Program-made: the position numbers and the translations under genes
Source: Candidatus Eiseniibacteriota bacterium
GTDB lineage: Bacteria > Arandabacterota > Arandabacteria > Arandabacterales > Arandabacteraceae
Assembly (NCBI GenBank): GCA_043810925.1
Contig: JBDRNT010000124.1
Location: forward strand, 1 to 21,891
Length of the DNA stretch: 21,891 nt
Direction: 5' to 3'
Notes under the pieces: generated by a model
The model's input: the letters and a program-made list of their open reading frames with translations, nothing else
Database searches by the model: none
What the model was told of the DNA's origin: nothing
Part shown: positions 1 to 7,605 of the stretch, piece after piece
How positions within the stretch are numbered: position 1 is the first letter of the stretch
Layout: each line of letters starts with the position of its first letter

Positions 1-133
1 GTGCAGTGAAACACTGACACCAAAACCTGCGAAGTCCCGGCAATGGCTGGACGCTGATCACTCAGTTATAAGGGGTGAGATCACCCCACCCCGAGGGCGG
101 CGTATGCCCTATTGACAGGTGCCTCTTAATGGG

Positions 134-153
134 TGACCCCATTTTGACCCCCA
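134..153 (-). repeat. Two tandem TGACCCC(C)A motifs (TGGGGTCA on - strand)
   Basis: TGACCCCA at 134-141 and TGACCCCCA at 145-153. The same motif occurs three times in the opposite orientation at 21618-21650. Confidence 0.5.
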
Positions 154-159
154 TTTATC

Positions 160-188
160 TTGACGTGGGGGAGCGGGACTCGTATAAA
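160..188 (+). promoter_or_regulatory. Sigma70-type promoter of the ArsR gene
   Basis: TTGACG (160-165), 17-bp spacer, TATAAA (183-188). TCGTATAA direct repeat at 180-187 and 194-201 overlaps the -10 box (candidate operator). RBS GGAGGG at 209-214. Confidence 0.7.
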
Positions 189-218
189 CGTATTCGTATA
201 AGTGAATCGGAGGGAACG

Positions 219-758
219 ATGATTGAAGCAAGGCTATTCCAGGCACTTTCGGATGCTACGAGGCTTAAGATCCTCTCGCTGCTGGCCCGGGAGCCCCTGA
301 ATGTATCGCGTATGGTACGCGAGCTGGGTTATGCGCAACCTGCTGTATCCAGGCATCTTAGGGTCCTAAGGGAAGTCGACCTGATCCGTGATAAACGGCT
401 CGGCAAAGAGGTCGAGTACTCACTCAATCACAGTCAGGTCAGCGGTGCCGCCGCGTATCTTAAGAGGCTTGCCGAGACGGTGTCGGTTGCGCCTGAGGAG
501 GAGGCGGTGGGTCGAGGAGCGCCAGGCGGGGACATGGGTGGCAGCGATCAGAAGGCGAAGGGCCGGCGGGCACGAAGACCTGGGGCTACAGGGATTCCAT
601 CGGGCGCGGGGGCCCGAAGGAAGAACGGCGTCGGGCACAGGGCGGAGACGGCTAAGCCCGGACCGGAGGACGGCCCCGGGGAGCGCCCGGCACATGATGA
701 GGCGGAATATGCTATCGAGCGCAGGGACGATGATGGGGTGGATGATTTCCTGCTTTGA
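219..758 (+). CDS. ArsR/SmtB-family winged-helix transcriptional regulator with low-complexity C-terminal extension (179 aa)
   Basis: LFQALSDATRLKILSLL...AQPAVSRHLRVLRE.DLI...RLGKEVEYSL is the ArsR HTH signature. Start moved from 75 to ATG 219 because of the RBS and upstream promoter. Confidence 0.9.
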   Translation: MIEARLFQALSDATRLKILSLLAREPLNVSRMVRELGYAQPAVSRHLRVLREVDLIRDKRLGKEVEYSLNHSQVSGAAAYLKRLAETVSVAPEEEAVGRGAPGGDMGGSDQKAKGRRARRPGATGIPSGAGARRKNGVGHRAETAKPGPEDGPGERPAHDEAEYAIERRDDDGVDDFLL

Positions 759-761
759 GCT

Positions 762-789
762 TTGACAAGCGACGCTCGTGTGATTTAAT
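762..789 (+). promoter_or_regulatory. Sigma70-type promoter of the Na/Pi transporter gene
   Basis: TTGACA (762-767), 16-bp spacer, TTTAAT (784-789) preceded by an extended -10 TG (781-782). RBS-like AGAGGGGA at 803-810. Confidence 0.55.
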
Positions 790-814
790 CCACGTGAACG
801 CAAGAGGGGAGCTC

Positions 815-2899
815 TTGAGGAAACATAAAAAGCCACTGGTTCTAATCTCACTCACTGCGTTCTTACTCGTTTACTACTTCCTGTTTTCCTTCTCTTCATC
901 CGAGGCCGGGCCCGAAGCAAGTTCAGTCAAGATGGAGCAGACTCATTGCTTCGATCAACTGAGAGTTGTCCTAAAGGGAACCGGGCAGGAGGGAAGAGCG
1001 GGCACGTGGCTCGGCGATCCATATGAGGTTGAAGTTTTTGACTCTGCGGGGAAACCGGTAAGCGGCGCAACTGTGGAGTTCTGGATCGAAGACGGGTCAG
1101 GTGCCAGCCTCAGCAATGCAACCGCAGCGACGGACACAAACGGTGTTGCCTTAACGGAGGTCAAACTGGGTAGTGAGATGAAGGAATACACGATCAATGC
1201 CTTCATCAAACACCCAACCCTCGGAAGTGGTGTGGTGAGCTTCGTTGCCCGGTCCTACGATGTTAAACGGATCATATTCTGGCTTATCGGTGGCCTTGGT
1301 CTTTTCCTCTACGGTCTTTCGACGATGTCTTCAAGTCTTCAGAAGGCCGCAGGCCGGGGGCTTAAGAACATCCTCAAGTTGCTTACAAGCAACCGGTTTG
1401 TCGCAGCCGGCATGGGAGCGCTGATCACAGCTCTCATTCAAAGCAGCAGTGCAACCACTGTGATGGTCATCGGTTTTGTGAACGCCGGGCTGCTCCAACT
1501 CCAGAAGGCGATAGGCGTCGTTATCGGAGCCAATATAGGTACGACCATAACAGGCCAGCTGATCGCCTTTAAGATCGACAAATTCGCGCTACCGATCATC
1601 GGCATTGGATTCGCTGTCATAGTGTTGTCCAAACGCAGGCAGACGCGACTCTGGGGAGAAGCGATTCTCGGTTTCGGGCTTCTGTTTCTTGGTCTCTATA
1701 TAATGAAGCAGGTGCTCACCCCGCTTGGCGGAAGCAACCTCTTCCGGAGTTTCTTCATAACCTTCAGCGAGCGGCCGATCCTGGGCGTTCTTGCCGGCAT
1801 GCTGGCGACGATGATGATCCAGAGCAGCAGCGCCACAGTCGGTCTTACGATGGCTCTTGCAGCGGCGGGGCTCATAGACTTGAGGGGTGCGATCTGTCTT
1901 GTCCTGGGTGAGAACATCGGTACGACCATAACCGCTCAGATAGCGAGCATTGGTTCAAACCGCGTGGCAAGGCGGGCGGCATGTGCCCACACGATGTTCA
2001 ATGTGCTGGGAGTTGCGGGTATGGTGATCGTGATGTATTCAACTTCCTTCTATGTCCGGCTTGTCGAGTTGACCTCGGGAGACATAATGCGCCAGGTGGC
2101 GAACTCGCACACGCTCTTTAATGTCGCTAACGGCATCGTCTTCCTGCCGCTCACGGGCGTGCTTCGAAGAGTCGTTGAGAAGATCGTACCCGGTGGTGAT
2201 GAAGATATGCCGATCGAGTGCAAATTCCTCGAGCGGCACTTGCTCGAGACTCCGCTTGTTGCCCTGGAGCAGGCCAAGAAGGAAATTGTGAGGATGGCTG
2301 AAGCCGCACGGCTTGCGGTCATGGCTGCGACGAGGTCGTTCTTCGATGATGATGACGCGGCACTGAAGCGAGTCCATATGCTCGAGGAGGGTATCGACAA
2401 TCTCCAGCGTGAGATCACGCATTACCTCGTTGAGCTGGCAAAGCGGAATCTGACCGAGATTGAATCCGAACAGCTGCCCGTCTTGCTTCACACGATCAAC
2501 GACATAGAACGAATAGGCGATCATGCCGAGAACATAGTCGAGATCGCAGAGAGAGGGAAATTCCGGCATGTAGAGCTCGACGGCAAGTCGGTCGAAGAGC
2601 TCAAGGCTATGGCGGGCGAGGTTGATCATATGGCGGAGCATGTGATCAAGGCTTTCGCCTCAGACGATACCGAGGAAGCCCGCAAAGCACTTGCAATCGA
2701 GGACAGGCTTAACCAACTTCATATTGAGATGCGCCAGGGCTATGCGATGCGCCTTGGTAGAGGCAAGGTGCCCGCGTCGGGAGGGCTCATCTATTTTGAC
2801 ATGGTTATGAACTATGAGAAGATGGGTGACCATTACACCAACGTGGCGCAGGCGGTGTTGGGGGAGCTCCAGTGGGATAAGGGTGTGAAGGCGAGGTAG
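815..2899 (+). CDS. Na+/phosphate cotransporter (NptA/YjbB-like) with N-terminal Ig-like domain and C-terminal PhoU-like domains
   Basis: Two QSSSAT and two GxNIGTTIT motifs, GGLGLFLYG, PhoU-like DIERIGDHAENI and YEKMGDHYTNV. TTG 815 preferred over 755 because of the RBS and promoter. Confidence 0.92.
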   Translation: MRKHKKPLVLISLTAFLLVYYFLFSFSSSEAGPEASSVKMEQTHCFDQLRVVLKGTGQEGRAGTWLGDPYEVEVFDSAGKPVSGATVEFWIEDGSGASLSNATAATDTNGVALTEVKLGSEMKEYTINAFIKHPTLGSGVVSFVARSYDVKRIIFWLIGGLGLFLYGLSTMSSSLQKAAGRGLKNILKLLTSNRFVAAGMGALITALIQSSSATTVMVIGFVNAGLLQLQKAIGVVIGANIGTTITGQLIAFKIDKFALPIIGIGFAVIVLSKRRQTRLWGEAILGFGLLFLGLYIMKQVLTPLGGSNLFRSFFITFSERPILGVLAGMLATMMIQSSSATVGLTMALAAAGLIDLRGAICLVLGENIGTTITAQIASIGSNRVARRAACAHTMFNVLGVAGMVIVMYSTSFYVRLVELTSGDIMRQVANSHTLFNVANGIVFLPLTGVLRRVVEKIVPGGDEDMPIECKFLERHLLETPLVALEQAKKEIVRMAEAARLAVMAATRSFFDDDDAALKRVHMLEEGIDNLQREITHYLVELAKRNLTEIESEQLPVLLHTINDIERIGDHAENIVEIAERGKFRHVELDGKSVEELKAMAGEVDHMAEHVIKAFASDDTEEARKALAIEDRLNQLHIEMRQGYAMRLGRGKVPASGGLIYFDMVMNYEKMGDHYTNVAQAVLGELQWDKGVKAR

Positions 2900-2915
2900 G
2901 AGGGGCACCGCACGG

Positions 2916-2943
2916 GAGATCGCCGCGCTTCGCTCGCGATGAC
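2916..2943. repeat. Short REP-like element GAGATCGCCGCGCTTCGCTCGCGATGAC
   Basis: Reverse complement GTCATCGCGAGCGAAGCGCGGCGATCTC reads VIASEARRS and resembles, from memory, the dispersed GTCATTGCGAGCGAAGCGAAGCAATCTC-type intergenic repeat. Single copy in this window. Confidence 0.55.
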
Positions 2944-2997
2944 ATGGACGGGAAGAGGCCGTCGGGCGCAGAGGCCAGACGCTACAGGGACACAAAG

Positions 2998-4371
2998 ATG
3001 GTGGAAAAGTTGAAGGGCACGGTTCTCCTGGTGGACGATGACGCACCGGTCAGGGATTCGCTCCGGAAGGTGCTTGAATACGTAGGGTATACGATAAGCG
3101 AGGCTAGCGACGGCCGCCGGGCGCTTGAAACACTCAAGCATGAAACCCCGGATGTTGTGCTGCTTGACATCAAGATGCCGGGTATGGATGGGATGGAGGT
3201 CTTAAAAAGGATTGTCCAGAACGACTCGGCGCTTCCGGTCATTATGATCTCCGGTCACGCCACGATTCAAACAGCAGTCGAGGCCACCAAGACGGGTGCG
3301 TTCGACTTCCTTGAAAAACCACTCGACCGGGACCGCGTACTCCTCACCGTAAGAAACGCAATCGCCGGCCGGCGGCTCTTTTCTGAAAAGGCCCGGCTCG
3401 AAGAAGACCTTACCAAGGAATTCCGGATCATCGGTGAGAGTCCGGCGATAAAGGAACTGCTTAAGACCATCGAGAAGATCGGACCCACGCAGGCGCGTGT
3501 CCTCATAACAGGCGAGAACGGTGTGGGGAAGGGGATCATCGCCCGCGCGATCCACAAGGCATCAGCCAGAGCAGACGCACGGTTCGTCGAAGTCTGCTGC
3601 GCGGCGATACCGGATGATCTCATTGAGAGCGAACTTCTGGGTTACGAGAAGGGCGCGTTCACCGGGGCCATCGCGAGAAAGCCCGGCCGCTTTGAGATGG
3701 CCGACAGTGGCACCATATTTCTTGATGAAATCGGTGACATGAGCCCGAAGGTGCAGGCCAAGGTGCTCCGGGTGCTCGAGGAGAGCGAGTTCGAACGCGT
3801 CGGGGGCACTGAAACGATTACGGTCGATGTCAGGGTGGTCGCTGCAACAAATAAGGACCTGCGTGCGCTTATAGATGAAGGCAAGTTCCGTGAAGACCTC
3901 TTTTACAGGTTAAACGTTGTACCGATGGAGATCCCGCCCTTGAGACGGCGGAAGGAAGATATACCGGTCCTGGCCGAGTACTTCCTTCAGGTTTACTGCG
4001 AGATGTACGGTCTTAAGCCCAAGAAGCCCGATCGCGCGGTCATGGAAAGACTGGTCGGGTACTCGTGGCCCGGGAACGTACGTGAACTGAGAAACATCAT
4101 CGAACGGATGGTCATAACCTCAGAGGCCGAGCATCTTAAGGTCGTGGACCTCCCGCCCCTGGCGGAGGGAGCGCTCCTGAAGTCATCGGATTACGGCGAT
4201 GTTACGACCTATGAGGAATTCAAGGGCGTCTCGGAGAAGGCGTTCCTCGAGCGGAAACTGGGTGAGAACAACTGGAATATCTCCAAGACGGCCAAGATCC
4301 TCGGTATGCAGCGAAGCAATCTCTATAAGAAGATGCAGAAACTCGGCATCGATACCCCGCACAAAAACTGA
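2998..4371 (+). CDS. Sigma54-dependent response regulator, NtrC/NtrX-like (REC-AAA+-Fis HTH)
   Basis: Receiver LVDDD...LLDIKMPG...FLEKP, Walker [10 protein letters not shown], intact GAFTGA, Walker [43 protein letters not shown] 2998 follows AGGGA. Confidence 0.93.
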   Translation: MVEKLKGTVLLVDDDAPVRDSLRKVLEYVGYTISEASDGRRALETLKHETPDVVLLDIKMPGMDGMEVLKRIVQNDSALPVIMISGHATIQTAVEATKTGAFDFLEKPLDRDRVLLTVRNAIAGRRLFSEKARLEEDLTKEFRIIGESPAIKELLKTIEKIGPTQARVLITGENGVGKGIIARAIHKASARADARFVEVCCAAIPDDLIESELLGYEKGAFTGAIARKPGRFEMADSGTIFLDEIGDMSPKVQAKVLRVLEESEFERVGGTETITVDVRVVAATNKDLRALIDEGKFREDLFYRLNVVPMEIPPLRRRKEDIPVLAEYFLQVYCEMYGLKPKKPDRAVMERLVGYSWPGNVRELRNIIERMVITSEAEHLKVVDLPPLAEGALLKSSDYGDVTTYEEFKGVSEKAFLERKLGENNWNISKTAKILGMQRSNLYKKMQKLGIDTPHKN

Positions 4372-4373
4372 TC

Positions 4374-5555
4374 ATGTTTGATATCAAAGGCTGGGTGCGT
4401 CTGGGCGAGGGTGAAGACAGCCGTATACGTGACGGTCACCTCTGGATCTACCGCAATGAGATCACCGACACGGGCGGCGACTTCAGTGACGGCGATATCG
4501 TCTGGGTTGAGGATTCCAAGCGACGCAAACTGGGCTCGGGTCTTGTAAATCTCCAATCACTTATCTCGGTACGGATGCTCTCGCGAGGTGCAAGCGATCC
4601 CTTCAGTCAGGCGGCTTTTTCCGAGCGCCTCGATCGGGCCGTCAAGCACAGAGAGCATCTCACCTGCGACGCCCGGCGGCTCGTAAATGCCGAGGGCGAT
4701 CTGCTTCCCGGGCTCATCGTCGATCAATACCGTAATGTTGCAGTCCTGCAACTCCAGGTGCTTGCCTGGGAGATGCGGAAGGACTTCGTCATTGCTGAGA
4801 TCGAGCGGGTAACCGGCGCGGAGACGGTTATCTTGAAAAACGAATCCCCGGCAAGGAAGGCCGAGGGACTCGACAGGTATACCGAGGTTGTGAAGGGCAC
4901 TCTCGATGGTAATGTAGTGATTACCGAGCATGGACTCACAATCGAGGTTGATGTCCTGTCGGGCCAGAAGACGGGCTTTTATGTCGACCAGCGTGACAAC
5001 AGGCGCCTTGTGCTCCCGTACGTAAGTAAAAGACGCGTACTTGATTGCTGCTGCTACACCGGCGCGTGGTCGCTTATGTGTAGAAAGGCCGGGGCAACGC
5101 ATGTAAGGGGCGTCGATGCTTCTCAGGCGGCGGTGGATCTCGCCCGGAGAAATGCTCAGGCTAACGCCATGGGTGACGCAACGGAGTTCACCGTCGGCGA
5201 TATCTTTGACGACCTCCAGCACCTGGCGGCAGACAGGGAGAAGTTCGGTGCGATCGTTCTTGACCCACCCTCCCTTGCCAGGACGCGGAAGGCGATTACC
5301 GGCGCAGAGCGCGGCTATACCCACCTGAACAAACTCGCGCTCGGGCTCTTAGAACCGGGCGGAGTACTTGTCACCTGCTCGTGCTCCCATCACATATCGG
5401 CCGACAGGTTCCGGGAGATCCTGATGAAAGCTGCCTCGCTCGCGCGAAAGCGTGTGGCCCATATAAAGACCGGCGGCCAGCCCGAGGATCATCCCTCACT
5501 CCTGGGTCTTCCCGAGACCAACTACCTCAAATGCATGGTCTTGCAGGTCCCTTAA
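4374..5555 (+). CDS. rlmI: RlmI/RlmK-like class I SAM-dependent rRNA methyltransferase (PUA + MTase)
   Basis: GHLWIYRNEI, RLVNAEGDLLPGLIVDQY, GQKTGFYVDQRDNR, VLDCCCYTG, IVLDPPS, LVTCSCS, QPEDHP...ETNYLK. Confidence 0.85.
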   Translation: MFDIKGWVRLGEGEDSRIRDGHLWIYRNEITDTGGDFSDGDIVWVEDSKRRKLGSGLVNLQSLISVRMLSRGASDPFSQAAFSERLDRAVKHREHLTCDARRLVNAEGDLLPGLIVDQYRNVAVLQLQVLAWEMRKDFVIAEIERVTGAETVILKNESPARKAEGLDRYTEVVKGTLDGNVVITEHGLTIEVDVLSGQKTGFYVDQRDNRRLVLPYVSKRRVLDCCCYTGAWSLMCRKAGATHVRGVDASQAAVDLARRNAQANAMGDATEFTVGDIFDDLQHLAADREKFGAIVLDPPSLARTRKAITGAERGYTHLNKLALGLLEPGGVLVTCSCSHHISADRFREILMKAASLARKRVAHIKTGGQPEDHPSLLGLPETNYLKCMVLQVP

Positions 5556-5750
5556 CTCCAAGCACCGGGCGGCTGCGGCAAACACTCTGACGCAGTTTCA
5601 CCGGCGGCCTTGTCGCACCGGTAGATTACCTCGCCCTGAGAACCGGCCACGTCTTCAGAGACTGAAGCAGCTCCTGGGTGAATGTCTGAGCGCGTGGTCC
5701 TGTAGGGCACTGTCGTTACTGGCGAAAAGAGGAGGACGAGACAGAAAGAC

Positions 5751-5798
5751 TTGACCTTCTCTTGAGACATAGTTAACATACATACATCTATGTATGTA
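5751..5798 (+). promoter_or_regulatory. Efflux operon promoter with overlapping AcrR-like operator
   Basis: TTGACC (5751-5756), 17 bp, TAACAT (5774-5779). Perfect palindrome TACATACAT-CT-ATGTATGTA at 5779-5798. Confidence 0.85.
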
Positions 5799-5822
5799 AC
5801 GAATCCCGTTTAGGCAGGTGAC

Positions 5823-6440
5823 GTGATGAGACGAACCAAGGAAGAGGCTGAGCAAACGAGGCAGCATCTGATGGATGTGGCCCTTCGAGTCTTCAGCACA
5901 AGAGGCTACTCGGCCGCCCGCCTGTCGGACATAGCGGCTGACGCAGGGGTGACCCGGGGCGCCGTTTACTGGCACTTCGGCAGCAAGAAGGGCCTGTTGT
6001 TTGCCATCCTGAAGGAGATGGCCAACCCCCACATCCAAACGGCGATGGAGGTGCTTGAATCGGAGCTGGAGCCCGGACGGAAGATCCGCGAGATGGTCTG
6101 TCGTGTGATGGACGCCACCGACGAAAGCGAAGCGTTCCTTGCACACCGCCAGCTGGCCATGCGCTTCATGGTTGAGAGTCCCGGGGGTTTTGAAGAATTC
6201 CACAAGCACGTCTCCCGGGAGACCGGAAAACTGACCAGGCTGCTTCTGGGTGTGATCCGCGAAGGTCAGAGCAGGGGAGAGATCAGATCCGATGTAGATG
6301 CAAAGATCATAACCGGCACCATCGGGGCGGTCCTGCGCGGCTCGGCCATGATGAAGAGTGTTCGGCATCTGGATCTACTGCCCAGGGGCACATCCCGGAA
6401 GGTGGTGGACCTGGTGATGAAGGGGCTCGAACCACGATGA
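5823..6440 (+). CDS. TetR/AcrR-family repressor
   Basis: RRTKEEAEQTRQHLMDVALRVF...IAADAGVTRGAVYWHF closely matches the AcrR N-terminal HTH. First gene of the efflux operon. Start may be ATG 5826. Confidence 0.92.
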   Translation: MMRRTKEEAEQTRQHLMDVALRVFSTRGYSAARLSDIAADAGVTRGAVYWHFGSKKGLLFAILKEMANPHIQTAMEVLESELEPGRKIREMVCRVMDATDESEAFLAHRQLAMRFMVESPGGFEEFHKHVSRETGKLTRLLLGVIREGQSRGEIRSDVDAKIITGTIGAVLRGSAMMKSVRHLDLLPRGTSRKVVDLVMKGLEPR

Positions 6441-6507
6441 AAAACTCAACACAGTTTTCCACCGGATTGATGGAGCTTACAGATAAAGACTTCCTGGAAG
6501 GAGTGAC

Positions 6508-7593
6508 ATGATGACAGCTACGTGGACATCTGCACGCAGGCCCGGCAAGACCGGGATACGTGTCTCTGCGGTGTACTTGCTCCTGGGAATCGGCATCATG
6601 TCCATGCTGGCAGGATGTGGCGGTTCCGAAGGTGAATCCAAGAGCATGGAACAGATTCATGCGGAGGAGGGCGTGCCGGTAAGGGTAGAAGTTGTGACGC
6701 TGAGGCCCTTTATCATCGAGCATGCCTATAACGGAGTTCTCACCGGTGAGCTTGAATCAAGTGCGAAGTCAGAGATCAGCGGCACGGTGGAGCGCATCTA
6801 CTTCAGGGTGGGAGACCGCGTGAGCGAGGGCGAGGTTGTCGTGACATTCCCCACAGACAATCCTGCGGCCCAGTACTTCCAGGCCAAGGTTTCCTATGAG
6901 AATTCGGCTGCATCCCTGGAGCGAATGGAGACTCTCTACCAGGATGGCGGCATATCCAAGCAGGACCTCGACAACGCCAGGACCCAGTATGAGGTCGCCA
7001 AGGCGAACTGGAATGTTGCGGAGCAGGCGGTCAAGGTTGAAGCGCCCTTAGGCGGCATCGTTACTCAGCTCAACGTCAGGGAAAGCGACAACGTTGAACC
7101 CGAAGAGATTCTCTTCACAGTGTCTCAGGCGCGACGGCTTAAGGCCCGCCTATGGGTGCCGGAAAGCCAGATTGCCGATATGGCCGTTGGCGCGGGTGCA
7201 ACGGCGACCTGGGGACGCACCACCCTCGATGGGGAGGTTACCCAGGTGGATATGTCACTTAACTCCAAAACACAGGCCTTCGGGGTGTTCGTCGAATTCG
7301 ATAACCCCGATCTCCTGGTCATGAGCGGGGTCAATGCCGAGATCAAGGTCTTGATACCGGCAGGCTCCGATGCCGTTGTGGTCAGCCGCCGTAGCTTGAT
7401 GAGGGAAGATGGCGGGTACTTCGTGTATGTTGCTCAGGGTTCGGTGGCGCGAACGCGGGAGGTCGTACCGGGAAGGTCCCAAGGCCTCGACGTGGAGATT
7501 GTCTCGGGGCTTGAACCCGGAGATGTTCTCGTCACCGAAGGGCAGATGCTGCTCGAGGACGGCGCAAAGCTCAACATAGTAGAGCAGAAGTGA
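6508..7593 (+). CDS. RND periplasmic adaptor (membrane fusion protein), lipoprotein
   Basis: Lipobox LAGC, SEISGTVERIYFRVGDRV, VEAPLGGIV, VEIVSGLEPGDVLVTEGQ. Directly upstream of the RND gene. Confidence 0.93.
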   Translation: MMTATWTSARRPGKTGIRVSAVYLLLGIGIMSMLAGCGGSEGESKSMEQIHAEEGVPVRVEVVTLRPFIIEHAYNGVLTGELESSAKSEISGTVERIYFRVGDRVSEGEVVVTFPTDNPAAQYFQAKVSYENSAASLERMETLYQDGGISKQDLDNARTQYEVAKANWNVAEQAVKVEAPLGGIVTQLNVRESDNVEPEEILFTVSQARRLKARLWVPESQIADMAVGAGATATWGRTTLDGEVTQVDMSLNSKTQAFGVFVEFDNPDLLVMSGVNAEIKVLIPAGSDAVVVSRRSLMREDGGYFVYVAQGSVARTREVVPGRSQGLDVEIVSGLEPGDVLVTEGQMLLEDGAKLNIVEQK

Positions 7594-7605
7594 GGATGAT
7601 GAGCG

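Noticed and set aside
75-218. N-terminal extension of the ArsR ORF from GTG 75
   Set aside because: It spans the promoter and repeats. The RBS and family motif support ATG 219.
219-2899. Arsenic-resistance operon (ArsR plus transporter)
   Set aside because: The ArsR has no Cys, no arsB/acr3/arsC is present, and the transporter appears to have its own promoter.
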